The notes below the pieces were generated by a model. The model did not search any database and had not been told where the DNA came from. It was given only the letters and a program-made list of their open reading frames with translations. From Candidatus Pacearchaeota archaeon (lineage in GTDB: Archaea; Nanobdellota; Nanobdellia; Pacearchaeales; GW2011-AR1), in contig JACQLK010000016.1 in NCBI GenBank assembly GCA_016204145.1, forward strand, positions 9,181 to 73,180: a stretch of 64,000 nucleotides of DNA. Reading direction: 5' to 3'. A program made the translations under genes and the position numbers. Within the stretch, counting starts at the first letter, position 1. Each line of letters starts with the position of its first letter. This document shows positions 19,892 to 29,679 of the stretch, one piece after another.

Positions 19892-22561
19892 TTACCCCAA
19901 GCTCTCCTCGATTATCTTAATCTCATCTGAAGTCAAACCGTAGAGTTTGTAAACCTCGGCGTCGATTTCATAGTCAATGTTTTTTATCTGTTGTTCCAAT
20001 CTTTCTTTTTCATTTCCGGAAACGCCGGAGTCGTGATTTTTCTTTTGAATCTCAAGCATTTCATTGACGAGGGAAATGATTTTTTGTTGTTGGGGAGGAG
20101 AAACTTTCGGAATAATTATTCTTTCAGTAACGGGATTATCAAATTGCATTGTTCTTATCGCTTTTCCAAAAATAAATCTATAGGCGTACCAATTAGTTAG
20201 TTTTGAGTTAATTATCGCAATTAAGAATTCTGAAGAAAATTTATTCTTATTTTGAAGTTGATTAATTGTATCCACAATTATATAATCATTAATTTTTAAA
20301 TCATTAGATAAAGAAGCTGTTATTTTTATATGGTCAATTGGATTCTCAATGTGTGCTACTATTCTCTGAACCAAAATAGAATTTTGTTTGATAAACGCTT
20401 TTTCATCTTTAACAACTTTTTTAGATATATACCCTTTAACATCTGAAGAAATAACATATCTTCCAATTTGCATACCTCCTAAAACCATTAAATCAGATTT
20501 TTTATCTGTAACTTCTTTTTGGTAAATAGCTCCTCGCCGATTAATAATTAAATCATTTAACGAAACCCCAGAATTTTTTATTTTTCTTCCGACGTTTAAT
20601 TCTTTATCAGAAATTCCATTCAGCAAAAATCCAAACTCTTTGAAAGTTTCTTTGTTTATCTTTCCAACACATTTAATTTCTTGGTTGTCTCTTACACAAG
20701 AATTATAAAATTTTTCACTCTTATTTTTATTATAAAAATAAATAACTTGTTCAAGTTTTACTTCTTTCCAAACTTTTCCTACGTCAACAACTTCTTTTAA
20801 ACCTTGCAAAAGTTTTTCTCTTATTTCTTCCCAAGTTGAAGAATAAACAAATGGTTTAGGAATAATAAACCCATTAATTCCTTTAGAATTTAATAAATCA
20901 ACTGCAAGAGACATAAACAAACAAGCCGTATCAGTATTTCCTAATTTAAACTTCTTTTCTAATAATTCTCTATCCTTCTCTGGCAAATCCGCACCATACG
21001 GCGGATTCCCGACGACAACGTCAAATCCTCCGTTTCTGAAAACATCAGGGAACTGCGCGTTCCAATTAAACGCCTTGTCTCCCGCTACTTTTGAATCGTC
21101 AATCAAGGAGTTTCAGTTTTTTATGTTATTTTTCAAATTAGGAAGCAAAAGCTTTCTCGTCTCCCTTGTTTCTCCTTCAAGAAGTTTCAGCAGCAAATTC
21201 AACTGCGCCAGCTCAACCGCCTTCTCGTCCAAGTCAACGCCGTAAACGCATCTTGAAAGAATTGTGATTTTTTGCGCCAAATTCAACCTGTCCTCGTAAT
21301 TTTTAAAAGTTGAATTTTTGCTTTTGTCTCCTCTCTTCATTTTTTCCTCAACAGCATCGCAAACCTCCTGAAACGCGCGAATCAAAAAACTTCCGGAGCC
21401 GCAGGCAGGGTCAACTATTCTGACTTCCAATATTTCGTCAATGGATTTATCTTTTACATATTCTCCGACAGTATTTTTGACGATGTAATCCACAATGTAA
21501 GAGGGAGTGTAGTAAATTCCCATCTTTTTTCTTTTTCCGCTTTCGGAATCCAACTTTACTCTTTGTTCTGTTCCCCTCAAAACAACGCCGAGGTATTGCT
21601 CATATATGCTCCCGAGCAAATCGCCGGGAATCTCGTCAAACATATATCGCGACTGCTTATTTTCCACGCCAAAATAAAGAATTTTTATTATTTTTTCCAA
21701 ATTCTCATCATCTAAAAAAATATTTTTCTCATCTTCAAGTATTCCCGAAGAAAATAATTTTGAATTGTATGATTTGTCAAAAATCTTGAACTGTTCATCC
21801 AATGCAGGCCACAATTTCACCTTTAATCGGCCTTCTCGTGAATCCTTGACAAGTCCAAGCAAAAAATTCTGATTCTCCAATCCCCTGTCTTCGGCGGAGC
21901 GCATAAAAATCAACCTATCAATTAAAATCTGTATCGCCTCGTCTATCTGCTCGTCTGTCAGATAATTCCTTAATTTCTTCAAATCGTTGGAGAGCAATCT
22001 TCTTATTTCAAGCAAATCGGCTAAAATGCTTTCGTCAACCGGGACAAATTGCTTTTCGTCTTTTTTTGATAAAAGTTTATTTATTTCTTGTTTTTCAAAA
22101 CTTTCCCTTGAAATAAGCCACAACTTGTCAAATTCTTTTTCAAAATCCTTAAACTCAAGCCAGAATAATAAATTCTTGTCTATGTTTTTTATATTTGAAA
22201 GCGCGTGATAAACCCTGAAATATTTAAAATTAGTAAGAACCGAAAATTTTATTTTCCTGTGGTAGGCGTAAGAAACCGCCTGTCTTCCCTCGTCTTCCGA
22301 TAAAGAAACATTTGTTTTTTTCGCCTCAACAACCAAGCTTTCCTGATTTCCGATTCTTAAAATATAATCCGCCCTTCCTTTAAGCACTCTTTTTTCTTTT
22401 GAAATATCTTCCCTATTCCAGCCCAATGCTTCAAACAGCGGCTCAATGAATTGAAATTTTATATCTTCCTCAGGCATTGAATCCAATTCGCTCTTTGATT
22501 TCAGCGAAAATTTGCGGACTATCTTTTCTACTTCTAATTTCGCTTCTTCCTTAGTTGTCAT
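19892..22561 (-). pseudogene. Type IIG-like fused restriction endonuclease/N6-adenine methyltransferase with in-frame TGA at 21113-21115
   Basis: N-terminal nuclease (EEDIKFQFIEPLFEALGW, ADY, VEAKK), YYTP, DPACGSG, then NIKN*NSLID, GNPPY and a TaqI-like TRD; the two track ORFs are in the same frame. Confidence 0.85.
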
Positions 22562-22562
22562 T

Positions 22563-23948
22563 TTATATTTTTTTGAAAAGCACCTCCGCCTTCTTAATTT
22601 TATTCGTCTCAAATATTTTATTAATCTTCTCCGACGTTTGCGGAATGAACGGCGAAAGATAAAAACTTATTTTTCTTATCGCTTCAACCAATTCAAACAA
22701 AACTTTTTTGTCATGCGTCTCCCACGGCTTTTTTTCCTGAACATATTCGTTGCAAATATCAACAAAAGCAAAAATTTCATTCAGCACTTTGTCAAGCTCG
22801 TAATTTTCAAAATGATTTTCAATTTCTTTTTCCTTAAATTTTTTCATCAAATCGTTTTGCGTTTTCTCAATCCCGTATTTTTCCGCCAGCGCGCTCACGC
22901 GCGAAACGAGATTTCCCAGCTTGTCCGCGAGCTCGTTGTTATGCCTGTCAACAAGCGCGGTTCTTGAAAAATCCCCATCTTCACCGAAAGGCACGCTTCT
23001 CATCAAAAAATATCTCGCCGAATCCAAGCCCGCGAGCGAAACCAGCTCGTCGACGTTTATCACGTTTCCCGTCGTCTTTGAGATTTTCTCGCCTTCAATC
23101 GTCAGCCATCCGTGCGCGAAGACATTTTTCGGCGGCTTGATTCCGGCAGAAAGAAGAATCGCGGGCCAAATCGCGGAATGAAACCACAAAATTTCTTTTC
23201 CCATCAAATGCAAATCCGCGGGCCAGAATTTCTCTTTTCCTTTTTCCCTCGTCGCGGAGTAATAATTCGTCAGCGCGTCAAACCAAACGTAAGCGATGTG
23301 TTTCTCGTCAAACGGAAGTTTTATTCCCCAGTCAAAGCTCGTTCTTGAAATGCTCAAATCCTGCAATCCCCCTCTCACCCTGTTGATAATTTCCATCTCC
23401 CTGCTTTTCGGAAGGATGAATCCTTTCTTGTAAAGCGCGAGGAGTTTTTTCCGGTATTTCGAAAGTTTGAAAAAATAACTTTTCTCTTTTAATTTCTCGG
23501 CTTTTATTTTATGCACGGGACAAAACCCGTCAACCAAATCTTTCTCCGTGTAATATTGCTCGCAAGGAGTGCAGTAAAATCCCTCGTATTTCCCGAGATA
23601 AATGTCTTTTTTATCATAACACTTTTGCAATATCTCTCTGACAACTTTCTCGTGGTCCTTGTCCGTCGTTCTTATGAATCTGTCATAATCAACATTTAAT
23701 TTTTTCCAATCATCTTTGTATTTTTTCACAAGTTCGTCTACAAATTCCTTCGGCTTCTTCCCTTGTTTTTTCGCCGCGCTTTCAATTTTTTTTCCGTGCT
23801 CGTCTGTTCCCGTGAGAAAAAAAACATCCTCTCCTTTCAAGCGGTGCCATCTCGCCAAGATATCTGCCGCTATCGCGGTGTAAGCGTGCCCCACATGAGG
23901 GATATCATTCGGATAAAAAATCGGCGTCGTGACGTAAAATTTCTTCAT
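22563..23948 (-). CDS. metG: Methionine--tRNA ligase without C-terminal tRNA-binding domain
   Basis: YVTTPIFYPN, HVGH, GTDEHG, one Zn knuckle, YVWFDAL, KISKT. Confidence 0.95.
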   Translation of the reverse strand: MKKFYVTTPIFYPNDIPHVGHAYTAIAADILARWHRLKGEDVFFLTGTDEHGKKIESAAKKQGKKPKEFVDELVKKYKDDWKKLNVDYDRFIRTTDKDHEKVVREILQKCYDKKDIYLGKYEGFYCTPCEQYYTEKDLVDGFCPVHKIKAEKLKEKSYFFKLSKYRKKLLALYKKGFILPKSREMEIINRVRGGLQDLSISRTSFDWGIKLPFDEKHIAYVWFDALTNYYSATREKGKEKFWPADLHLMGKEILWFHSAIWPAILLSAGIKPPKNVFAHGWLTIEGEKISKTTGNVINVDELVSLAGLDSARYFLMRSVPFGEDGDFSRTALVDRHNNELADKLGNLVSRVSALAEKYGIEKTQNDLMKKFKEKEIENHFENYELDKVLNEIFAFVDICNEYVQEKKPWETHDKKVLFELVEAIRKISFYLSPFIPQTSEKINKIFETNKIKKAEVLFKKI

Positions 23949-24059
23949 CCACTTCTAAAAAAAGTGAAATATAAAAATGCTTTGTTGAAAAAGATTTAGG
24001 CAAGATACGGCATTGAAATGCCGTCAAGTTGCGCAAAAACATATGACGGTGGTTTTTTA

Positions 24060-24100
24060 GTTAACATTTGTTTTTGCGGGGCGGGGAGTTTCGGATGGGA
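24060..24100 (+). repeat. Dispersed GTTAACA plus G-tract module
   Basis: gttaacatttgtttttgcggggcggggagtttcggatggg. Confidence 0.55.
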
Positions 24101-24113
24101 GAATTAAATTCAA

Positions 24114-24506
24114 TTAAATGGCGTATTCGTAAGAATCAGCGACATATCTCTCTATGCTCCCGACTTTTCTTTCATACAACTCGCGTTCCTGCCTTGTAAC
24201 TTTTCCCGTCTTTGTCCAGTCAATCAAATCAATTCGAGCTGAAGTGTCAAAACTAACAAGAAGATATTTTAGTCGGGAATTTGCAACTTTTCCTTCAACA
24301 TAATCTCTTACTATATCCACGCTAAATCCTCTTTCCTGGATTTGTTGAAAAATCCTTTCACAAGTTGCTTTTCTTTTTTTATCGTCCACAACAACCAAAT
24401 GGTACCTTGCAAGCGCGGGATTGTCTGGAGATTGTTGCCAATTCCACAAAACATGTCTGCTTCCGGCGGAAATTTTTTTAAGGGCATATAAATTAACTTT
24501 TCTCAT
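24114..24506 (-). CDS. Hypothetical protein
   Basis: 130-aa ORF divergent from tRNA-Gly. Confidence 0.55.
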   Translation of the reverse strand: MRKVNLYALKKISAGSRHVLWNWQQSPDNPALARYHLVVVDDKKRKATCERIFQQIQERGFSVDIVRDYVEGKVANSRLKYLLVSFDTSARIDLIDWTKTGKVTRQERELYERKVGSIERYVADSYEYAI

Positions 24507-24557
24507 AGATTATAAAAAAAGATAGTTATAAAAATTTAATGAAATTGAAGCTCTGGT

Positions 24558-24727
24558 GCGGCTTTGGTCTAATGGCATGACGTCACCTTCCCATGGCACT
24601 TTTCACTGAAGGTGAAAAAGGCATAAGCGGAATTCGCAAGAATTCTGGCTACGAGCATTTTTTCAGAAAATGCGGAAATGATTCTCGGAAAAAGGTGGCT
24701 GCGCGGGTTCGATTCCCGCAAGCCGCA
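24558..24727 (+). tRNA. tRNA-Gly(CCC) with 99-nt intron at 37/38 (24594-24692)
   Basis: Acceptor GCGGCTT/AAGCCGC-A, anticodon arm TCACC-TT-CCC-A[intron]A-GGTGG, T arm GCGGG-TTCGATT-CCCGC; TTCC/GGAA central helix of a bulge-helix-bulge-like site. Confidence 0.88.
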
Positions 24728-24769
24728 TAAATGCACAAACTATTTAAACGACTTCATATTATTTTGGAA

Positions 24770-25426
24770 ATGTTCGGAAATTTTGGAAAGAGAGAGTGCA
24801 AAAGGTGCGGCGAAAATTCAAGCAACAAGCATAATTTCTGTCCTAATTGCGGAGTGCCTTTCAACAACAAGAAAACAAAAAGAAACGATTTCGGAATGCT
24901 CGGAGAAAGCGATTTTGACGAGGCAGGGGAATTTCAAAATCCGTTTTTTGGCGGCCTTGCGGGGGGGATGATAAATAAAATGTTTGAATCCGCCGTGAAA
25001 ATGTTTGAAAAAGAAATGGAAAGGGAAATGAAAAGGGGAATGCAAAATCCGAGGACGAATTTCCAGCTTTTCATAAACGGCAAGCCGGTAAAATTTGAAA
25101 ACGCTCCGGGGCAAAGAAATTTTGAAGGGAGAAGAGCGGAAATCCAAAATAGCGCCCTCCCAAAAAACAATCTTAAAGATTTCCCGTCTCTTCCGAAAAA
25201 AGAGCCGACCACGGAAGTCAGAAGATTCTCAAACAAGTTGATATACGAGATAAATCTTCCAGGCGTAAAATCTGACAAGGACATTTCAATTGTGAAACTC
25301 GAAAACAGCATCGAAATAAAGGCCGTTGCGGGCGACAGCGCGTATAAAAAAATAATCCCGATAAATCTTCCCGTCACGAATTACAATTTGTCAAACGGAA
25401 AACTCGTTCTTGAACTCGGGGAGTAA
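24770..25426 (+). CDS. Zn-ribbon plus Hsp20/alpha-crystallin-like protein
   Basis: CKRC...CPNCG; YEINLPGVKS..DI, NGKLVLEL. Confidence 0.75.
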   Translation: MFGNFGKRECKRCGENSSNKHNFCPNCGVPFNNKKTKRNDFGMLGESDFDEAGEFQNPFFGGLAGGMINKMFESAVKMFEKEMEREMKRGMQNPRTNFQLFINGKPVKFENAPGQRNFEGRRAEIQNSALPKNNLKDFPSLPKKEPTTEVRRFSNKLIYEINLPGVKSDKDISIVKLENSIEIKAVAGDSAYKKIIPINLPVTNYNLSNGKLVLELGE

Positions 25427-25556
25427 AAAATTTTTTAATCTTTTCAAAAAGAATAGGGAATTCTCATTCCGCTTCAGATACGTCAAGGGCTTTTTGCTTG
25501 AAACAACATAAAGACAAGATTCAAACGTCAAAAAATTCGGGAATATTCTGACAAAT

Positions 25557-25877
25557 TCAAGGATAATATCCTATCGTCTCTGCCCTTTCCTTTTCAATTT
25601 GTTTTAACATTGAATCCAACTCGTCGGATGTTGTTGAGGAAAGCGAAACGCCGCGACTTTTCAGGGAATCCAAGGATTCTCTCAAATAACTGAGCGTTAT
25701 GGGATAATCCAAAGGCGAATTTCTCTTTGTAAATTCCACTTTTGCATCGTGAAATTTCCTTGCAAACAAATCCCCGTCAACGCCTTTTCTTAGAATCCAG
25801 TTTTCATACATCACAATTATTGGATTGTCCACAAGAATTGGGTGATATTCTTGACCAGTTGTTGTTTCTAAATCCAT
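25557..25877 (-). CDS. Hypothetical protein
   Basis: 106-aa ORF downstream of tRNA-Ile. Confidence 0.5.
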   Translation of the reverse strand: MDLETTTGQEYHPILVDNPIIVMYENWILRKGVDGDLFARKFHDAKVEFTKRNSPLDYPITLSYLRESLDSLKSRGVSLSSTTSDELDSMLKQIEKERAETIGYYP

Positions 25878-25983
25878 ATTTGAACCATTGAAAGATACTT
25901 TATAATAATTATTGTGCTAAATTTATTTTCTGCAAATTCAGTTTTTCTACCGTTGTAGTTTCTTTTTTCTAAAAAGAAACCAA

Positions 25984-26058
25984 TGAGCCTGCAAGGATTT
26001 GAACCTTGGACCCCTGCCGTATCAGAGCAGTGCTCGTACCAGGCTGAGCTACAGGCTC
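25984..26058 (-). tRNA. tRNA-Ile(GAT)
   Basis: GAGCCTG...CTGCT-CT-GAT-AC-GGCAG...GGTTCAAATCC...CAGGCTC-A. Confidence 0.93.
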
Positions 26059-26159
26059 ACACTAAAGACAAAAACAAAAGCATTTTAAAGGTTTTCTTAA
26101 AAATCCCAATCTTTAAAAAGCGATTTTTTCTACAAGTGTTATGAATAAATTAAATTTTC

Positions 26160-26245
26160 CGCACTTGACCGAAAGGAAGGTTAAGCGAAGAGAACTAAAA
26201 GGAGAGTTAAGCTAAGGGAAACTTGGTTCCCTAGCGTGTCTCGCA
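26160..26245 (+). promoter_or_regulatory. Structured 5' leader of rpl15e (candidate ribosomal protein leader)
   Basis: Hairpins cttgacc/ggttaag, aact/agtt, gcta-agggaa/ttccct-agc; closing stem gcga(a)ga/tctcgc next to the ATG. Confidence 0.6.
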
Positions 26246-26818
26246 ATGGCACACGGAGCATACTATTACATCGCGCAGGCGTGGAAAAAACCCGACGCAA
26301 AAATACTAAGGGAAAGAATGACTTCTTGGAGAGCTACGGAAACCGTCGTAAAAGTCGACAAGCCATTGCGTCTTGACAGGGCGAGGGCTTTGGGCTACAA
26401 AGACAAAAAAGGATTTGTCGTCGTCCGTGTCAGAGTAGTGAGAGGCGGACACAAAAGATCCCGTCCGATAAAAGGAAGAATGGGCAGAAGAATGCACACA
26501 AGAAAAAATTTGAAAATGAGCTATCAATGGATTGCCGAGCAAAGAGCGGCGAACAAGTATGCAAATCTTGAGGTCTTAAATTCATACCAAGTTGGAAAAG
26601 ACGGACAGCATTTTTTCTACGAAGTGATTCTTGTCGACCCTGAAATGCAAGAGATAAAAAACGATCCGACGATTTCATGGATTGCAAGCCCTGGAAATAA
26701 GGGAAGAGTTTTCCGCGGCTTGACGTCGGCGGGAAAAAAGTCAAGAGGACTGCTTCACAAAGGTCCGGGATTGAAGGTCCGCCCGAGCGCGAGGGCGAGA
26801 AAGCACAAGGGGAAATAA
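26246..26818 (+). CDS. rpl15e: 50S ribosomal protein eL15
   Basis: RLDRARALGYK.K.G, AEQRA..KY.NLEVLNSY, RVFRGLTSAGKKSRGL. Confidence 0.97.
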   Translation: MAHGAYYYIAQAWKKPDAKILRERMTSWRATETVVKVDKPLRLDRARALGYKDKKGFVVVRVRVVRGGHKRSRPIKGRMGRRMHTRKNLKMSYQWIAEQRAANKYANLEVLNSYQVGKDGQHFFYEVILVDPEMQEIKNDPTISWIASPGNKGRVFRGLTSAGKKSRGLLHKGPGLKVRPSARARKHKGK

Positions 26819-26825
26819 TTTTAAA

Positions 26826-27221
26826 ATGGACTCCTCGTCAATTATTCTCTACAACGGCGAAGGAGAAATTCTTCTTCAAGAAAGAGAAAAAGACATAGAA
26901 TTTTATCCGGGAATTTTCGGTCTTTTCGGAGGCAGCGTGGAAAACGGCGAAAGCCATCTTGAATGCATCTCAAGGGAAATTATGGAAGAATTGGGATACA
27001 AACTAAGAAATCCCGGATTTTTCGCCAAAAAAAGAATAAACGGAAATTTCAATTATATCTATTCAGAAAGGTACGACGCTTCGCAAAAATTAATTCTCGG
27101 CGAAGGCGCAAGCATGCAATGGGCAAGAAAAGAACTGATTGAAACGCTCGATATGGTTCCGTTTCAAAAAGAGGCAATTTACGAATTCATATCTTCGGGA
27201 AAATTGAACTCTCGAATTTAA
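26826..27221 (+). CDS. NUDIX hydrolase
   Basis: Nudix box GGSVENGESHLECISREIMEELG. Confidence 0.9.
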   Translation: MDSSSIILYNGEGEILLQEREKDIEFYPGIFGLFGGSVENGESHLECISREIMEELGYKLRNPGFFAKKRINGNFNYIYSERYDASQKLILGEGASMQWARKELIETLDMVPFQKEAIYEFISSGKLNSRI

Positions 27222-27460
27222 ATAATCTTTTGAGAAACAATTTTCGCCAAATCCCATTCTCCTCTTTCGCGTTCTTTGTTCCCGTCAGAGACAAAGATGC
27301 TTCCTATCGCCTCATCGACGGTCTGGGATAGAACATGATAAAAATTTTCTGGGTCTTTCAAATAAAGTTCCCTTAAAGCCGGATTTTTTAATTCAAGTTC
27401 AAGTCTGTAATCTCCATCTTCCAAAAGCAAATTGTATTTCTCATTGGTCATAAAAGACAT
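27218..27460 (-). CDS. Hypothetical protein
   Basis: 80 aa, upstream TTTATATA. Confidence 0.45.
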   Translation of the reverse strand: MSFMTNEKYNLLLEDGDYRLELELKNPALRELYLKDPENFYHVLSQTVDEAIGSIFVSDGNKERERGEWDLAKIVSQKII

Positions 27461-27541
27461 TTAAAAAATTAATATATAAAATTTGTCGGGCTGCAAAATA
27501 TATAACCATAAAATTAAAAACTTCTTTTCTTTAAATTATTA

Positions 27542-27757
27542 ATGGCATTCAATCTCTTCTCTCTTCTCGCAGTAATCGGGCTTTTAATTTTAACTTGGGG
27601 GATTTTGACTAAAAAAGACAATAAAAGAAATTTTTTATTTTTAATCGGCGGAGCTTTATTGATAATTTACAGCATTTACATCAAAGACATAATTATCGTC
27701 GCGGTTCAAGTTATTTTCACATTGGCTGCGGGATATAAATTATGGAGAAAAAAATAA
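27542..27757 (+). CDS. Small three-TM membrane protein
   Basis: 71 aa, three hydrophobic helices; 1 nt before lig. Confidence 0.65.
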   Translation: MAFNLFSLLAVIGLLILTWGILTKKDNKRNFLFLIGGALLIIYSIYIKDIIIVAVQVIFTLAAGYKLWRKK

Positions 27758-27758
27758 A

Positions 27759-29471
27759 ATGCTCTATCGCAAACTCGCCGAATTTTACAAAGAAGCGTCG
27801 GAAAATCCGAGCCGCCTGAAAAAAACCGAAATCCTTGCAAAATTCCTCGGAGAAATTCATGAATCAGACAAGGAGGTTTTGTATCTTCTTCTCGGGGATA
27901 TTTACCCCGAATACAGCGAGAAAAAAATCGGAATAAGCAGTCAGCTTGCGATAAAAGCGATTTCAAAATCAATCGGCACGGAAAACTCGGAAGTTGTTCG
28001 CGAATGGAAAAAACTCGGCGACCTCGGACTCGTGATTGAGATGTTGAAGAAAAAAAAGAGGCAAGCGACTCTTGGCAAAAGCGATTTGACGACGCAAAAA
28101 GTTCTTGAAAACTTCAGGAAACTCCCGGAATTGGAGGGGAAAGGAACTGTTGAAAAAAAACTTTCTTTGATTGTTGAACTGTTGACTTCCGCCTCTGACA
28201 TTGAGGCGCTCTATCTCGTAAGGACTTTGATTGGCGATTTGAGAATCGGATTGAAAGAAAGCACTATCAAGGAAGCGATTGCTTCGGCGTTTTTCAGCAG
28301 CGACAAGGAGTCGGCGAAAAAAATACAGGACGCCATCGACCGCTCAAATGACATTGTGAAAGTTTTCGAAATGGCAAAGCGCGGAAAGTTGAATGAAATA
28401 GAAAACGTCTCGCTCGAAATCGGCAAGCCGATAAAAGTCATGCTTGCGCAAAAAGCGAAAACAATCGAAGAGGGATTTGAAGCCGTGGGAAAGCCGTGCG
28501 CGGTTGAATACAAATACGACGGGTTCAGAATGCTGATTCACAAAAAAGGCGACGACGTGATTCTTTTTACAAGGCGCTTGGAAAATGTCACAAAACAGTT
28601 TCCCGAAGTCGTCGATTACGTGAAAAAATATGTCGGCGGAAAATCGTTCATCCTCGATTCCGAAGCGGTCGGTTTCGACAAAAAAACAAAAGAATACAAA
28701 CCGTTTCAGGAAATAAGCCAGAGAATAAGAAGAAAATACGACATTGAAAAACTCCGCGAAGAGCTTCCTGTTGAGGTAAATGTTTTCGACATGATATATT
28801 ACGAAGGAAAGTCGCTTCTGAACGAGCCGTTTGAAAAAAGAACCGCGCTGATAAAAAAAATTCTGAAAGATCAAAGATACAAAATAATACGCGCGAAACA
28901 ATTGATTACCGGCGACGAAAAAAAAGCAAAGGAATTTTACAAACAGGCCCTGAAGGACAGACAGGAAGGCGTGATGATGAAAAACCTCGGCTCAATTTAT
29001 CAGCCGGGAAGCCGCGTCGGATTTATGCTGAAAATAAAGCCCGCGGAAAATGATTTGGATTTGGCGATTGTCGGCGCGGAATTTGGCGCCGGAAAAAGAA
29101 GCGGCTGGCTCTCAAGTTTCATTCTCGCGTGCAAGGATGAAAAATCCGGAAAATTTTTGGAAATAGGAAAAGTCGGCACCGGAATAAAGGAATTGGCTGA
29201 GTCCGAAGGCACGTCTTTCGAAGAGCTGACAAAAATGATAAAGCCGCTGATTGAAAAAGAGGACGGAAAAAGCGTGAAGATAAAACCAAAGATTGTCGTC
29301 GCTGTGACTTATCAGGAAATCCAGCGCTCGCCGACGTACAATTCGGGATTTGCGTTGAGGTTCCCCCGCTTTACCGCCCTCAGGGTTGACAAGCCGCTTT
29401 CTGAAATCACGACGCTGCGGGAAGTTGAAAAGGACTACGAAAAGCAAAAAAGAAATTTCAGATACGGATAA
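27759..29471 (+). CDS. lig: ATP-dependent DNA ligase
   Basis: EYKYDG, ILDSE, VFD, EGVMMK, ALRFPR. Confidence 0.96.
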   Translation: MLYRKLAEFYKEASENPSRLKKTEILAKFLGEIHESDKEVLYLLLGDIYPEYSEKKIGISSQLAIKAISKSIGTENSEVVREWKKLGDLGLVIEMLKKKKRQATLGKSDLTTQKVLENFRKLPELEGKGTVEKKLSLIVELLTSASDIEALYLVRTLIGDLRIGLKESTIKEAIASAFFSSDKESAKKIQDAIDRSNDIVKVFEMAKRGKLNEIENVSLEIGKPIKVMLAQKAKTIEEGFEAVGKPCAVEYKYDGFRMLIHKKGDDVILFTRRLENVTKQFPEVVDYVKKYVGGKSFILDSEAVGFDKKTKEYKPFQEISQRIRRKYDIEKLREELPVEVNVFDMIYYEGKSLLNEPFEKRTALIKKILKDQRYKIIRAKQLITGDEKKAKEFYKQALKDRQEGVMMKNLGSIYQPGSRVGFMLKIKPAENDLDLAIVGAEFGAGKRSGWLSSFILACKDEKSGKFLEIGKVGTGIKELAESEGTSFEELTKMIKPLIEKEDGKSVKIKPKIVVAVTYQEIQRSPTYNSGFALRFPRFTALRVDKPLSEITTLREVEKDYEKQKRNFRYG

Positions 29472-29534
29472 AATAATTTTGCGCGGGAATTGTTGAAATA
29501 TGTTAATGTAAAATTATAATAAAAATATTAATAT

Positions 29535-29660
29535 TATCGCGTCGGTTTTGCATTAACATCGGTCTCTAAGAGAAGGTAGGCGGAATAAATTTGAAAAATC
29601 AAAATTTGATTGTGGGTTAAAATTTGTTTTGAACCGGGATTTTTGGCGGCGGGACAAAAC
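29535..29660 (+). repeat. Dispersed repeat copy (degenerate)
   Basis: tatcgcgtcggttttgcattaacatcgg matches 1966-1995; ggcggcgggacaaaa near 29645. Confidence 0.6.
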
Positions 29661-29679
29661 TTATAAATTATAGTTCTTA

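Noticed and set aside
21113..21115. Genome-wide TGA-to-Gly recoding (code 25)
   Set aside because: srp54, ftsY and other conserved genes end at TGA at their expected C-termini, no other core gene has an internal TGA, and aRF1 keeps NIKS and YxCxxxF
26160..26190. SRP RNA helix 8 (ccgaaaggaag)
   Set aside because: Lacks the conserved CAGG...AGCA internal loop, and the region is too short for archaeal 7S RNA
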